A stretch of DNA of 64,000 nt, from positions 151,342,001 through 151,406,000 of the forward strand of contig NC_086099.1 in assembly GCF_963921235.1 (NCBI RefSeq), read 5' to 3'. Shown here one piece after another: positions 11,624-25,812 of the stretch (position 1 is its first letter; each line of letters begins with the position of its first letter). The translations under genes and the position numbers were made by a program. This DNA is from Mobula hypostoma (Eukaryota). The notes beneath the pieces were generated by a model. It did not search any database. It had not been told where the DNA came from and worked only from the letters and a program-made list of their open reading frames with translations.

Positions 11624-14600
11624 CTGGAACAACAAAAAAAAAACAGATGTAAACTTCAAAACAGAACCTGGTCCTAATTTAAAATAAAAATCTTCTAAAT
11701 TTAGAATTTACACCAGAAAGGTTGAATTACTGCTGTTTTACTGTAACAAGCTATTCTCGGCCACATGACAAAAACAGCATCTAAAACTTGATTTTTAATA
11801 GACAATCATACCTTCAATACCAATTTCTGACCTTCTAAAAAAAAACATATTCTTCAGATACTATCTCCACGTGCCTTGAAAACATGTTTACCATCTGATG
11901 ATGTGTCCAAGATAAAAATTTCTTGTGTTTATCTCAATATCAAAATATTACAATGAAAACATTGTGCACAGTTTCTTTTTCGGTCTTTATTCCAAACTCC
12001 AAGACAGCAACCTACCACTCTGGCATGAACTTTCTTTTTAGCCATGCAAGTCAGCTCCGTACATCATGATGGCAAGATGAGCAAACTGGTGAGAATTAAC
12101 ACTGGCTGTGTATCATAAACCTATGCTCAATAAGTACCAAGTTAGGTATATAACAATTTCAGTGAAGCATCTTACAGTTTGATAGAGGCCACCATAACCC
12201 AACCATTCTGGATTAGACTTAAACTCAAGGTTCAATGTCCAGAAAATGTACTAATCTACTTACATCAGATAACTTATCCATAAATACTTCTAGTGCAACA
12301 AAACCATAGAGTTAGCCTCTTTTTTTTTCAGTTTCAACTTAACTAGATCGTTATGTTTTAGGAAAATTTAGAAAAAACAAATTTCTATTCAATGTGTGTC
12401 TATGTCAGGAAAGTGCTGCACTAGAAGTGGAGCAGTGCGGTGTACACGTATATTGCAAGCAAACATGTAATTTATCTGTAACACTTACCATCTGAGGAAC
12501 TCCAAATATGACAACATTACTATATTCTGAGAAATTCACCTAAAAGCACAGACAAAAAATGGAAAATTAATTTTTCCAAAAGAAAGAACACAGAATTAGG
12601 CCACTTGGCCCATTTAGTCTGCTCCGCCATTCCATCATGGCTGATTTATTATTCCTCTTAGCCCAATACTCCTGCCTTTTCCCCATAATCTTTGATGCCT
12701 GACTAACCAAGAATCCATTAACCTCCACTTTAAATATACTCAATGACATGGCCTCCACAACCGTATGTGGCAATGAATCTAACAGATTCACCACCCTCTG
12801 GCTAAAGAAATTCCTTCTCACCTCCATTCTATATGGACAATCCTTTATTTTTAGGCTGTGCCCTCTTATCTTAGACTCATCCACTATAGGAAACATTCTC
12901 TCCACATCGACTCTTTGTAGGTAGACCTTTCAACATTCAGTAGGTTTCAATGAGATCCTTTCTCATTGTTCTAAACTGCAGCAAGTACAGGCCCAGAGCC
13001 ATCAAACATTTGTCATATGTTAACCTTTAGATTACCAGAATCATTTTTGTGAACCTCCTCTAGACCCTCTCCAATGCCAGCACATCTTCTTAGATAAGGG
13101 ACCCAAAACTGCTCACAATACTCCAAGTGCCGTCTGACCAATGCCCTGTAAAGCCTCAGCATTAAACCCTTGATCTTATATTCTAGTCCTCTCAAAAGGA
13201 ATCCTAAAATTTCATTTGCCATCCTTACCACTAACCAAACCTGCAAGATAACCTTTAGGGAAAATCTCTTTGCACCTCTGATTTTTGAATTTTCTCCCCA
13301 TGTAGAAAGTAGTTTGCGCTTTCAATCCTACCAAATCACATGACCATACACTTCCCTACACTATATTCCATCTGCCACTTCCTTGCCCATTCTCCCAATC
13401 TGTCCAAGTCCTTCTGCAGACATCCTGCTTCCTCAACACTACATGCCCCGCCACCCATCTTCTATCATCCCCAATCTTGGCCATAAAGACATCAATTCTG
13501 TCATCCAAATCGTTGGCATACAAAGTGAAAAGAAGTGATCGCAGTACCAACCCTGCAGAACACTACCAGTCACTGGCAGCCAACCAGAAAAGGCCCCCTT
13601 TATTCTGACTCTGCCTCCTGCCAGTCAGCCAATTTTCTATCAATGGAGGTATCTTTCCTGTAATACCATGAGCTCTTATCTTGTTAAGCAGCCTAATGTT
13701 CAACATCTTGTCAAAGGCCTTCAGAAAATCCAAGTAAACAGCATCTGTCTATCCTATTTGTTATTCCCTCAAAGAATTCCAACAGATTTGTCAGACAAGA
13801 TTTCCCCTTAAGGGAACCATGCTGGCTTTGGCCTACTTTATCAAGTGCCTCCAAGTACCCCAAAACCTCCTCCTTAATAATGGGACTACATCTTCCAAAC
13901 CACTGAACTCAGGCTAATTGATCCATATTTTTTTTTCTTCTATTTCCCTCCCTTCTTAAAGAGTGGAATGACATTTGCAATTTTCCAATTCTCCGAAACT
14001 ATTGCATAATCTTGAAATATTACTAATGCCTCCACAATCTCCTCAGCTGCTTTTCAGAACTCTGAGGTGTAATCCATCTAGTCCAAGTGATGTATCCACC
14101 TTCAAACCTTTCAGTTTCCCAAGCGCCTTCTCCTTAATAACAACAACTATACTCACTTCTACCCTCTGACACTCTTGAATTTCTGGCATATTGCTAGTGT
14201 CTTCCACAGTGTTGCAAAATACCTATGTTCTTCCACCATTTCGTTATTCCTATTACTATAGCATCATTTTCCAGTGGTCCAATATCCACTCTCACCTCTC
14301 TTTTCTTTGCTTCTATGCTGTCTTTGGCTTTCATTGTCAGCCACAGTTGCCTTATTCTCCTATTAGAATATTTTTTCACCTTTTGGATGCATCTATCCTG
14401 TGCCTTCTGAATTGCCCCCAGAAACTCCAGCCATTGTTGTTCTACCATCATCCCTGCTAGTGTCCCTTTCCAATCAACTGTGGCCAGCTTCTCTCTCATC
14501 CCTTTGCTCCACTGTGATTCTGATACAGTTGACTTTATCTTCTCTCTCTCAAACAGCCTCCTATGGGGTCTTTACCCTAAGCTTCATAATTAAATCTGCT

Positions 14601-17600
14601 TCAGTACCCAACACCCAATCAAGAATTACCTTTCCCCTAGTGGGTTCAACCACAAGCTGCTCTAAAAAAAAAAACACCATCTGTCATTCCATAAATTCCC
14701 TCTTAGGATCCAGCACCAACCTGATTTTCCCCGATATACCTCCATATTGAAATCTCTCATGACTATCATATCATTGCCCTTAATACATGCCTTGTCTATT
14801 TCCCACTGAAATTTCCCACATCCTGCCTACTGTTCAGGGACCTGTGTATAACTCCCATCAGGGAGTTTTTACTCTTGCAGTTTCTTTACTCTAACCACAA
14901 GGATTCTTCACCTTCCGACCCCATGTCACCTCTTTCTAAAGTTTTGATTGCTTTTTTAAACCAACTGAGCTACCCCATCCCCTCTGCTTACCTGCCTGTC
15001 CATTCAATACAACATATATTCTTGGGATGTTACGTTCGCAACTATGATCTTCTTTCAGCCATGACTCGGTGATGCCCAGAATGTCATATGTGCCAACCTC
15101 TAACTGCGCTACAAGATCATCTACCTTATTCTGTTTACTATGTACATTTGAATATAACACCTTCAGTTCTGTTTTCATCACCCTTTTCAATTTTGCCCCA
15201 TGTTACAGTTCAGCTCATCCTACCGACTACAATTTTGCCCTATCATCTGCCTGTCCTTCCTCATAGGCTCACTATGCACTGCACCAACTTGGATACCAAT
15301 TGCCCTATCCTCAGCCCTATCACTCTGGTTCCCATTCCCTGCCCTTAAACCCTCCCCAACAGCTTAAGATGAACAGAAATGGAAAAATACTCTAAAAATA
15401 GTGCTGTGGGAATGACACAAAATGTACTGGTACCTTCCAGAAATCAGAGATGTAAAATCTGGTGTGGCGGTGTAGTCCTTGCTGCCACGCTCGGTACCTG
15501 GAGTACCAAACTAGCCAAGGATTCAGTTCATAACCAACTGCTCGAAAACCTTGCTTTGCTGCTGCAATTACCTATGATGAATACAGTAAAATAATCCAAG
15601 TTTAAGAGTATATTAACAGAAGATCTAATGAACATTTAATCAGACAATAAATAATTTTTTGATTCTTCTCTGCCACTATAAAATTGGTTTTGGAATTTTC
15701 ATATTTCTGTAAAATAATCTGAAAAAGATATTAGGAATTAAAATAGTCTTATGCTTTGTACTGTGATATTCTAATGTGAAACATGCTTCAGGTTCACATG
15801 CAAACATCTGGTGGAAAAACTCTCCCTTCAACTCTGTCTAGGATTTTGCAGGCATAAACCGTCGTTAGTTAGAAAATCTGAGGGAGGCCTGTGCCAAAAA
15901 GAAAAATTAAATATACAATGTAATATAGACTGTCTTATACTAACTTGCACAGAGACTCAAAAATGAATTTCATCACATGAAATCAAGGATGGAGCACATG
16001 CAGTACCATTTTCAATTATTTAATCTCTCTCAATTTTTGTATTTCTATTATAAGTTTCTATGTCCACAATTAGGCAAGTTGGGCATGCTTTTCCATGAAT
16101 GGTTTAATTTTGTGATTCCCAAGAATTAAAAAGGCACAGTATAAATGCAAGATCATTCTTTCTCCCTCCCCCAACCCCATCTTATGGTCAATAAACAGCC
16201 CTGGAAACAAAACAGCTAATATACTTCTTTTTAAATACTTTGAACTCAGATTCTTAATCTCTCGATGAAATCATTGCTATGTATTCATTCCCAGCTATCT
16301 TATACACTCAGTAGCCACTTTATTAAGTACCTAATAAAGCAGCTATTGAGTGTATGTTCATGGTCTTCTGTGGCTGTAGCCCATCCTCAAGGTTCGATGT
16401 GCTGTGCATTCATAGATGCTCTTCTGCACACCACTGTTGTAAATTATCTGCATTACTATCACCTTCCTGTCAATAAGTGTTTTTGCCCAGAGAACTGCTG
16501 CTCAATGGATTTTTTTTTCTAAATTGCTTATTTTTTGCACCATTCTCTGTAAACTCTACAGGCTGTTGTGTATGAAAATCCCAGAAGACTGGGAGTTTCT
16601 AAGATACCTAAACCACCCTGTCTGGCACCAACAATCATTCCATGGTCAAAGTCACTTAGATCACACTTCTTTCCCATTATGATGTTTGGTCTAAACAACT
16701 GAACCTTCTGACCATATCTGCATGCTTTTATGCATGGAGTTGCTGCACTGATTGGTTGATTAGATATTTGCATTAATAAACAGGAGGTATACCTAGTAAA
16801 GAAACGTACCTTCAGTGGCCACTTTAAGGAAATTCAAGTGACTTACACAAACCTCATTAAAGACTAAATTTGCAATAATTTATAGTGTTCTTAAATTAGT
16901 TATTTTTCCCACAATCCTGCTATGCTTGTTATCAGTTCTACACCCATGCACAAGGACAAGAGGATGTATGTTTATTGTAATTAGTGCCTCTGGAGAGGGT
17001 CCAATGGAGGTTTATGAAAATGATTCCAGGAATGAAATGGTTAATGTATGAACAACATTTGGTGTCTCTGGGCCTGTACTCATAAGAACGGGGGTGGGAG
17101 GGGGGGCGGGGGGAAAGAAGGGCAGATCTTATTGAGAAATACCAAATTAGATAAAGTGTAGACAGTGGTGTCATTTCCTTTAGTGGTAAAGTCTAGGATC
17201 AGAGGGCACAGCCTCAGAATAGAAGAATGTCCCTAGAACAAAGATGGAGAAGAATTTCTTTAGCCAGAGGGTGGTGAATCTGTGGAATTCAGTGCCACAC
17301 AAGGCTGTGGAAGCCAAGACATAGGGTATATTTAAAGCAGAGGTTAATTAGTTCTTTATTAATAAGGGCATCAAGGGATACGGAGATAAGGCAGGAGAAT
17401 GGGGTTGAGGGGGGAAATAAATAAGCCATAATTGAATAGTGGAGCAGACTTACTGTGCATATGACTTAATTCTACTCCTACATCTTAAGAGTTTTGAGCG
17501 GCCTCTAAATATGTCACATCAGTGCAAAAAATTAAGTGTAACTGAATTATTTCATCCTCAGACCAGAATGCTAATCTTAGTTTTTAAGCATTAGGTAGCA

Positions 17601-20600
17601 TTTTTCTAAAAATAATTATCTTCATTGTATCATATCTCTTGAACACACATCTTCTCTCTTTCCCTTCTATTTTATCATCTAACCTTCTTTCATCTTGCTA
17701 CTGGGCGGGGATTGTTATGCCATCAATATTAAAGGAGGGAGGTCAGAAATTGTTCAACCTTGGAAGAGTCACCATTTTAGTTTTATTACCAAACATTCCA
17801 CATCGTCCCAGCAGCTACTCAATGCAAATACTGATCTCAGTTCTTAGTCACATGTTTGAGAAGAACAGTTAATCACTCCAACACAGGGTTCAGCTACTGA
17901 TTCACCAATAGTCCATTCACTGTGGACAGCATTCTAATTGGTTGCATCACCGTCTGGTACTGAGGAGCTACTGCAAAGGTTCGGACAAAGCTGTAGAGAG
18001 TTGCAAACACAGCCAACTTCATCATGGGCACTAGCCCCTCCAGCATAGAGGGTATCTTCAAAAGGCGACGCCTCAAAAAGGCAGCATCCATCATCACGGA
18101 TGCTGATGGGTTCTAGTGTTCTTTTACAGGTTCTTTTAGAAGTTAGGAAAGCAGCATAAAACTTGTTGCTTCTTGACCGTTTTATTAAGAGTTGACAGAA
18201 CAGATGAAATTTGAATAAACAGTAATAGAGGAAGCCAAGATTAAAGAACTAAGATGGTACTGCTTTGTGTTTAGTTATTTTACATCCATAGGGATAAGGA
18301 AAATTTCATTCAAATCTAGATAATAATTACCCAATTAGAAAATACTTATTCAATACTGCACTACCAAATTAACCAATGTGAAAACACTTATTCACTTAAT
18401 GCAGAACAAAGAAACTTCAAGCTTTTAGGAATTATATTTTGTATAGCCACTACAGTCATATTAAACTGTAATGTGGATACTATAGCCACTAGGAATCACA
18501 GTAAGCAATTACCTGCGTAAGTAATTATATAATACATCAGCATATAATTGTTAAACTGAAAAGAAAATAACAATTAGACAATCTAATCTGAGAAATAAAC
18601 AATCAGATCAAACAACTCTAAAAGGAGCCATACATCTGTTCTCTATCTGCATTGTACGTTTATTGTGTTTATTTTGGTAACTAGTCACAGGAGTGGGGGA
18701 GTGGCAAAAGTGAGGGGAATAAGTCACATATCAGCTTGGGGCCCACACATCACATCTTTCGCTGACTATTCAATAACACTTTGCTTACACTTGGGTATGT
18801 TTAAGTTTCATTGCTTCAAGATTGTATACTTGCTAATAAAGGATTGAATAAAGGATTCAACTTTTGAAACATTCACTACTGGAGCAGGGATCATGTCATG
18901 CAAGTATAACAATTCCATTGAGTCACGGGCAGCAACAATAGTTTTGGTGTGGCCACAATATTCTGTCAGCAAAAGTTTTCGACAGTTACACCAGACGAAC
19001 ATTAGCACTGGACATGTCTGATATTGTGAGTGCAGCAGCCTGAAGCAGCTTGTGGCAAGTAACGACCTTTGGTCAGCTCATGCTGCGTCTTTGGGTTTGA
19101 AACAGTTTTGAGTGGTCAGCAATGCCTGTCTAACTAGGGACTAAAGGCTGCAAGCTGTATGGTGGTGTTTGAATGAAGAGTCGACCCTTGGTTCTGTTGA
19201 AAAGCTGAACTGAATCTGCCATTGTTCTATCTGCTTCGTGCACTTGAGGAACAACACAAGTCAAGCTGGAAGCAGTAACCTTGAAGTCAAGACTAAGTCA
19301 GAATTTTTTCCCATGCGATGTTAAAGGTCAGATTGCAGGAGGAAATGAAAATATGTATTTACAAAGCCACAGAACAGGCTGTGACTATGTATAAAGCTGA
19401 AGACAGCACTTCTAACATGTGTGCAGCACATTCTATTGCTAGCAAAGCAACTTGTGTGTCTAATTAGAACGGAGGCCGATTTAGCTGAGTTATCCACAAG
19501 CTAACAAACACTGAAGGGATAACCACACAATGGGAGAACAGCTTCAGAAAAAGGAGCAACTTAAGTTGCAGGAAAAAATTGCAGCCAAGATGGCCAGAAT
19601 TAAAAGTGCCAAGGGCTTCAAGTGCTGAGAGTGTTAAATGTGCACCAGCAGAGCAGTTCTATGGTGAGAGTTCCTACATTGACTTGGAATAAAGAAAATC
19701 CAGCATTCTCGATGTCAATGTGGACACATTTGAGGAACAAATGTCTATAAGCCACAAGTCTGAACGCCAAGGGGTAGTTGAAGATGCTCCCTCTCAGCCT
19801 GTACCAAGGAGGCACTCTGAACCCATGTCATATCCAATAGTGCAAGGTGCTTCTGAAGACATCGATTTACAAGTTGATGGCACTCGTGTTTCAGATGATG
19901 GCAGTCTAAATGTTGTGTCAGAGGCCACAAGGATGCAAAAGGAAATAACAAGCATAATGATGAAACAACACATTGCATTTCTGCCTAAATGAGAGATTCA
20001 AATCTTCGCTGGTAATCCATGCAGTATCATTCATTTATGAGGGCTTTTAAGAACAGCATTGAAGGTAAGACTGATAATTATGGTGACCATCTCTAGTTTC
20101 TCATCAGTTCACTGGAGCTTACCTTAGAGAGCTGGTCAGAAGTTGCCCACAGGCCAGACCGAAGGAAGGATATTTAAAGGCCCAAGTTTTGCTACAGGAA
20201 CATTTTGGTGGTGAACACAAAATTGCTGCAGCGTAAATGGAAAAGAATCTTTCTTGGCCACCATGTACCAAGTTTTTATCTTGGGGGCTGTTGCAATGCC
20301 ATAGAAGACACACACAAGCTAAAGGAAGCAGCTTTGCCACTACCATGACTATTATGGAAAGTGAAGCTAAAACTGTACCTGGAACTAATGAAAATGGTGC
20401 AGATTTGAAACAAGCTGTGAATGAAGCAAACACAGCAGCACATAATGCCCTGGTATTTAATGGCCTTATGGGGGCGGGTGATCATAGTTGTAAACTTCCT
20501 ATAATTCCAGTTCAGGTGAAGTCTAAGAAGAGTAAGAAGACAGTGGGTACTCATGCTTTCCTAGATCAAGTACACAGAGCAGCCTTCTGCACTGCGAGCC

Positions 20601-23600
20601 TCATCAATAAGCTCAACCTGACAGGAAAAGAAACACATATATATCATCGGTCAACAGGACATTGTGAGTAGCTATGCTGTTCCAGGATTGGAAGTGGCTG
20701 GCTTAGGTAGTGAAAGCTATTGTGAATTGCACAGGAACATTTGCCTGTCCACGGTGGGATCATTCCACATCAGCGAGATCTTCAGGAATGACCTCACCTG
20801 AAGCATATTCATTTGCCAGAAATTGAACTACTGACTGGGTTGAACGTGCCAAAGGCAATCGAGCCAATGCAATTGATTCACAGTATAAATGACGGACCCT
20901 GTGCAATCAGAACAATGTTGTGTTGGACTGTTAATGGACCATTGAAAGGAGACCGTGGTGCTGGAAGAGACTAAGCTCAGCCAGAGCTGACAATTAACGT
21001 GACTTCAGTTTTGAGCTTCGATGAGCTTTGGCAGCAGCAATTCAGGACAGATTTTCCTGAATGCATTCCAGAGGACAGGAGATCACAAACCAAAATAAAC
21101 CACTTACCAAAAGAGGGTATTTCTGTAAATGCTGATATCGTGTATCTCCCGTGTCTTGGTAGCCTGTAGTTGTAATTATGCTGGTAAAATAATTAGGGGG
21201 CTAGAATGTAGGAGCCATGCATCTGTTCCCTATCTGCATTGTATTCCGTGTTGCATGTTTATTATGGTAACTAGTCACAAATGGGGGAGTGTTAAAAGTG
21301 AAGGGAATAAGTCACATATTTGTGTTTTGTTCACTGCAGTTTATAGTAGCTTGGGGCCGATGGATGTCATATTTTTTGCTGACAGCTCAGTAACACTTAG
21401 CTTACACTTGGGTATGCTTAAGTTTCATCATTTCACAATTGCATGTTTGCTAATAAAGGATCGAATCAAGGATTCAACTTTTGAAACAATCACTACTGGA
21501 GCTGGGGGTGTGTCGTGCAAGTATAACAAAGCCATAAGATCACTGGCAGTGCCAATTGTTTTGGTTTGGCCACTACAACCCCCATTACTCAGAACATGCT
21601 CTCTTCTTTTTGTTACCAGAAAGGAGGTACAGAAGCCTGAAGTTACACACTCAAAGTTTTATGAAGAGCAATTCTGCTCCTATGTCTTAAGGACAATGAG
21701 CCAACCCATCAACAATACCTCACTATTATTATTCTTTTTGCACTAAATATACACACATCAACGATAGTAAACCGATTCTGAATCTGATTCACTGTGTACA
21801 TACATCTATTGATGCTTCTGGACACATCTTCAGTGATGTTCCTGGAATCATCGGGCGTTTCAGGTCTTTCAACATTATACAACCTTCTCCAGGTGACCCA
21901 GCCGGGGCTGATCAGACCCCAGCTTGTGTCCAGATGGCTAGCTACTTATGACTCTGTGGTTCCCCTCTTTTGAGCCACAGCCATCTTGTGCCCCTCTCTG
22001 CCGCACCGGTGGTACTGCGGATGGGTCTCCTCTCCCTCGATGCCCAAATTGCTGAAGGCTCTAGCTAAGGAGCAGGTTGTGAATCCCCTACAACCAACCT
22101 CCACTGGGAGACACCTCGCTCTCCATCCAGCCTGCTGACAGTAGCTGACCAGTCCTGTGTACTTGGAGAGCTTCCTTTCAAAGGCCTCTTCCAAGCGATC
22201 TTCCCATGGGACTGTCAGCTCCAGCAGCACCACTTGCTTAGTAGACTCAGACACTAGGACAATGCCTGGTCTCAGGGTGGTGGCTGCGATATGGTTGGGG
22301 GGAAATTCAGCTGCCGTTCGAGGTCCACCAACAGCTGCCAGTCCCTTGCAGAGGTCAGGATGCCTGCAGATGTTCTTTTGGCGGGTATTCAGATTCAACT
22401 GCTCAAAGACTCCTTGATTACCTAATTTATAACCCAACTTTAACTCTAAAATGTACTGCCACATGCAACTGGCAGTGAGCGTGACCACTTCAAAAACTTA
22501 TTTTATCTTTGAGTTACAAGTTACTCATTGAACTAGCATCATTGTTCTATATTTTCAGATTCACTTTGTTTTGAAAAGATGTTGTTTGTGTTAACAAGGA
22601 CAGCTGTATTACATTCAAAAATAAACAGAGCAATTTAAAATATTGTAAGCAGGTGAAAGCAATACTTCATGTTTTCTTTTGAAATAAAGAGCAGCAGCAT
22701 GTTTGGGAGGATAAAAGAAAAAATTAAAATAACATGATCTGAATTTTGAGGTAGCTCATCCACATAAACAGGCAGCATCAGAAGCAACTAGATCCTGTGT
22801 AGTTTTCTCAATGATTCAAAGATAGATGACTTCTTTTTTTATACAATCCACATGCAACAGATTTTCTGTTCCCTATTACTTCTATATTGTAGTCTCCTTA
22901 CATCATCCAACCCCCTCAGAAACTGCCCTTGTAACCATTGCAACTGTTGCTCCATTTCCAAGTTCACTTTCCTCTCTCAGGCAAGTCCTTGATATGTTAC
23001 CGCCTCCCAAATTCACATCCATTTTATCTGCCATACCTTATTTGAAGACACTCTGCTATTCAAATCTTTACTTGGGGCACAGGGCCAAAATGACTCTTAG
23101 TGAATAACATCCTGTGATTGGGACAAATTGCCTTTTCTCTCTTCCACAGTCTTAGGCACAGATGATCATGTGGAAGTTGCAGCAAATTACGGGTTAAGAT
23201 AATATCTAGTCAAAATAGTTTACAGATAGTGTGCAATCAGCCCAGGCAAGACAGGCTTTTGAAGAGCACATCTTCCCTTTGCACACCAGACCAGTCATCT
23301 GGCATACGAAAACAAGTATTCAAAGTAAGGATTCTAGGGCCGTGGTCCCCAACCACCGGGCCGCGGACCGGTGCCGGGCCGCAAAGCATGCGCTACCAGG
23401 CCACGAGGAAACGATATGATTTGGCGATATGAGTCAGCTGCACCTTTCCTCATTCCCTGTCACGCCCACTGTTGAGCTTGAACACACACGAGGTCATGAC
23501 TCGCGCGTCATCCATGTCCACGGGAAGGAGATCAACTCCACGAGCTTGCAAATGACGGCGGGCTGAAGAGTATGTTTGACATGACAACTCTGCTGGCTTT

Positions 23601-25812
23601 CTGGATCAAAGTCAAGTCTAAATATCCTGAAATAGCCATGAAAGCACTGAAAACGTTGCTTCCATTTCCAACATAACTCTGTAATGAATGCAACAAAAAC
23701 TAAATTGCGGAATAGACTGGACATAAGGAACCCCCTTCGAGTATCGCTGTCTCCCATCACCCTTCGATGGGACCGTCTTGTTGCAGGGAAACAAGCCCAG
23801 GGCTCCCACTGATTCAGCGATACTGGTGCGTTGCAATGATTTTATATGTTCAAACGGGGAAAATATGTGCTGTGAGTTTAATATCCAAACGTTACTTTAA
23901 ATGTTATGATGCTATTGACTTATATAACCATATAACAATTACAGCACGGAAACAGGCCATCTCTCCCCTTCTAGTCCATGCCCAACGCTACTCTCACCTC
24001 GTCCTACCGACCTGCACTCAGCCCATAACCCTCCATTCCTTTCCTGTCCATATACCTATCCAATTTTTCTTTAAATGATAATATCGAACCTGCCTCTACC
24101 ACTTCTACTGGTAGTTCATTCAACACTTCTTTCAAGCTCCCCTAATAATTGACTTATCACTATATTCATGCGAGGAAAATATGCGCTGTGTGTTTAATAT
24201 TAAATTCGTTAGATAAACCCCTTTAGAAACGAAATTGAGTGTATTAGCCACTTATCACCTATATTCACTTTCTGCTGCAGGGTCTTGAGAACTGATGCAG
24301 TGCAATTCCATAGCAGACAGATATGCTGTAGGTCAGGACACTTCTCAATGGTGCTCTTTTCTGTTTTTGCTTCTTCATAGGCATCTATCCTCCATTCCCC
24401 TTATTTATTATTTACATGTTGCCACTGTGCATCATCCAGGTGAACATACGAGGACTTCAACTTGCTCCATCTCATCAATACCTCTCCAATTCCACAGTAT
24501 CTAAATTGTCATTCTGGTTGGTGGATTTCAACTAGAAAGAAGAGCTATTTTTGCCAACAAAATGTTGGAAACCGTCATCTACTTCTGCCATCAACTCCAT
24601 TCCTCAGATTCCATCACTTACCCTAACAATCATTGTAAATTGCACCAAATAATTTTCAAGACTGTATCAAGTTTCATCCAGAATTGACTTCAGCCCACAC
24701 AAATGCCATCTATTTTATTTTCATAACATCACCTAGTTCTTCCATTGCTTCAGTTTTTTTTTTAAAAAGAAACCCACTTGCAAGATCTGGATGTCACTGG
24801 CAAGATAAGCATCATCACCCATCCTGGATAATGCTAACAATCATCAATAAAGGGTGGTAAGCTGTTCTTCTTTGAAATTATGTCCTTCTGTGGATACACT
24901 TTGTGCTATATTCACATGTTCTTCTGAATAGGATTGATTAACCAAATGCTGTCCTGGCCAGAGTCTGTCAGAGGATTGTGAATCTTCTTAATTAACTACC
25001 TCAGAGTCACTAAACATATATACATAGAACAGCACAGGAGCAGGTCCTTCTGCTTATGTCTGTGCCAATCCAAACTATCCCATCTGCCTATACAGTTTTG
25101 TAATAACAGTACATCATCCTAATTATAGTACATCTCGTGTACTTTTGCTGTGTTGAAGACACTATAGAAAGGACTATTATCTGAAACATAAATTGTTTCT
25201 TTCTGCAGCTGTTGTCTAATTTGTTGTGTGTTCTATTTCACATTTCCGCCAGCACTTTGCCTTTGGATACAAGTGCATGTTATTATCGTACTAGTATTGA
25301 ACGTGAATAACAAAACAGGTAACGATTTTTATGACAACCCTGGGTTAATTTGTTGGCGTTATTCATTTGAAACCCTGAATCTCCAATGATTACACTTTCT
25401 TTGCTTCCCTGTGGTAAGGATGCAGACTGATCTGGGACTCGGTTCAATATATCCCCTTTCCAGGTCTGTCTCTAATTCTCTGGTCTCCATCGCCTGGCCT
25501 AACTCTTCCCATTCCTCCTCCATCACCTTCATTCTCGCGGACACTCACAATCCTGCCGTCCCCACTGCCGATGTCGACGAGAGCTCCCCGGTGGCCATTC
25601 AGGAGCTGTAGCACATTCTCTACCTGGACCGGAGTAGCCGGGATGAAGGGCAGGCAAAAACGCCTCAGTGCGGGGGCCACAAACGGTGCTGCCGCGGCGT
25701 ATAAAGCGAGAACCGCGGCGCCCGAAGCACCCACCAATACCAACCCCCAGTTCGGTTTGGTGCTCCTCCCTGCCTCGGAGGCCGGTTCGCAAGCCGTGAC
25801 CCCCGCCGACAT
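11444..25812 (-). CDS. ATPSCKMT: ATP synthase subunit c lysine N-methyltransferase (FAM173B), complete, 4 coding exons, 210 aa
   Basis: join(25549-25812, 15434-15571, 12489-12539, 11444-11623) = 633 nt, all phase-0 GT-AG introns. Motifs NWGL-TM helix, [62 protein letters not shown]. Divergent from CCT5 as in human. Confidence 0.96.
12489..12539 (-). CDS. ATPSCKMT: ATPSCKMT coding exon 3
   Basis: ttttag / [17 protein letters not shown] / gtaagt. Confidence 0.95.
12582..15365 (-). mobile_element. CR1-type LINE, decayed ORF2 (APE endonuclease and RT) with 3' tail
   Basis: Fragments [68 protein letters not shown]. Many stops and frameshifts. Confidence 0.92.
15434..15571 (-). CDS. ATPSCKMT: ATPSCKMT coding exon 2
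   Basis: tcatag / [46 protein letters not shown] / gtacca. Confidence 0.96.
16303..16830 (-). mobile_element. Tc1-family non-autonomous element
   Basis: TA-cactcagtagccactttatt terminus; minus-strand peptide [22 protein letters not shown]. Confidence 0.8.
16985..17490 (+). mobile_element. CR1-type LINE 3' fragment
   Basis: ctggagagggtcca..atgattccaggaatg; tttctttagccagagggtggtgaatctgtggaattc; tail taattctactcct. Confidence 0.85.
17915..18100 (+). mobile_element. Rex1/Babar LINE fragment
   Basis: Matches the 33110-33290 segment (VESILTGC..KAASIIKD). Confidence 0.75.
18620..21577 (+). mobile_element. BEL/Pao LTR retrotransposon, internally deleted, both LTRs present (~18620-18960 and 21207-21577)
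   Basis: Direct repeats of ~340-370 bp. The 3' LTR is TGTAG...CTACA, preceded by aggggg. Internal decayed gag-like ([15 protein letters not shown]) and protease-like ([16 protein letters not shown]; WTVNGPL) peptides. No RT or integrase seen. Confidence 0.85.
21590..21790 (+). mobile_element. Rex1/Babar LINE 3' end
   Basis: ggaggtacagaagcctgaag; terminal aaaccgattctgaatctgattc. Confidence 0.75.
21795..22330 (-). mobile_element. HERO-like (R2 group) non-LTR retrotransposon 3' end with restriction-like endonuclease
   Basis: [48 protein letters not shown] is an RLE (RPD..E motif, D mutated to G) with HERO-type context. Confidence 0.85.
23337..24265 (+). mobile_element. hAT-Charlie-type deleted element with nested CR1-like tail (~23926-24125)
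   Basis: Terminus-like gtggtccccaacc. C-terminal peptides [25 protein letters not shown] and [22 protein letters not shown]. Confidence 0.8.

Noticed and set aside
21129-21746. 205-aa ORF
   Set aside because: It spans the BEL 3' LTR and a Rex1 tail; a chance open frame.
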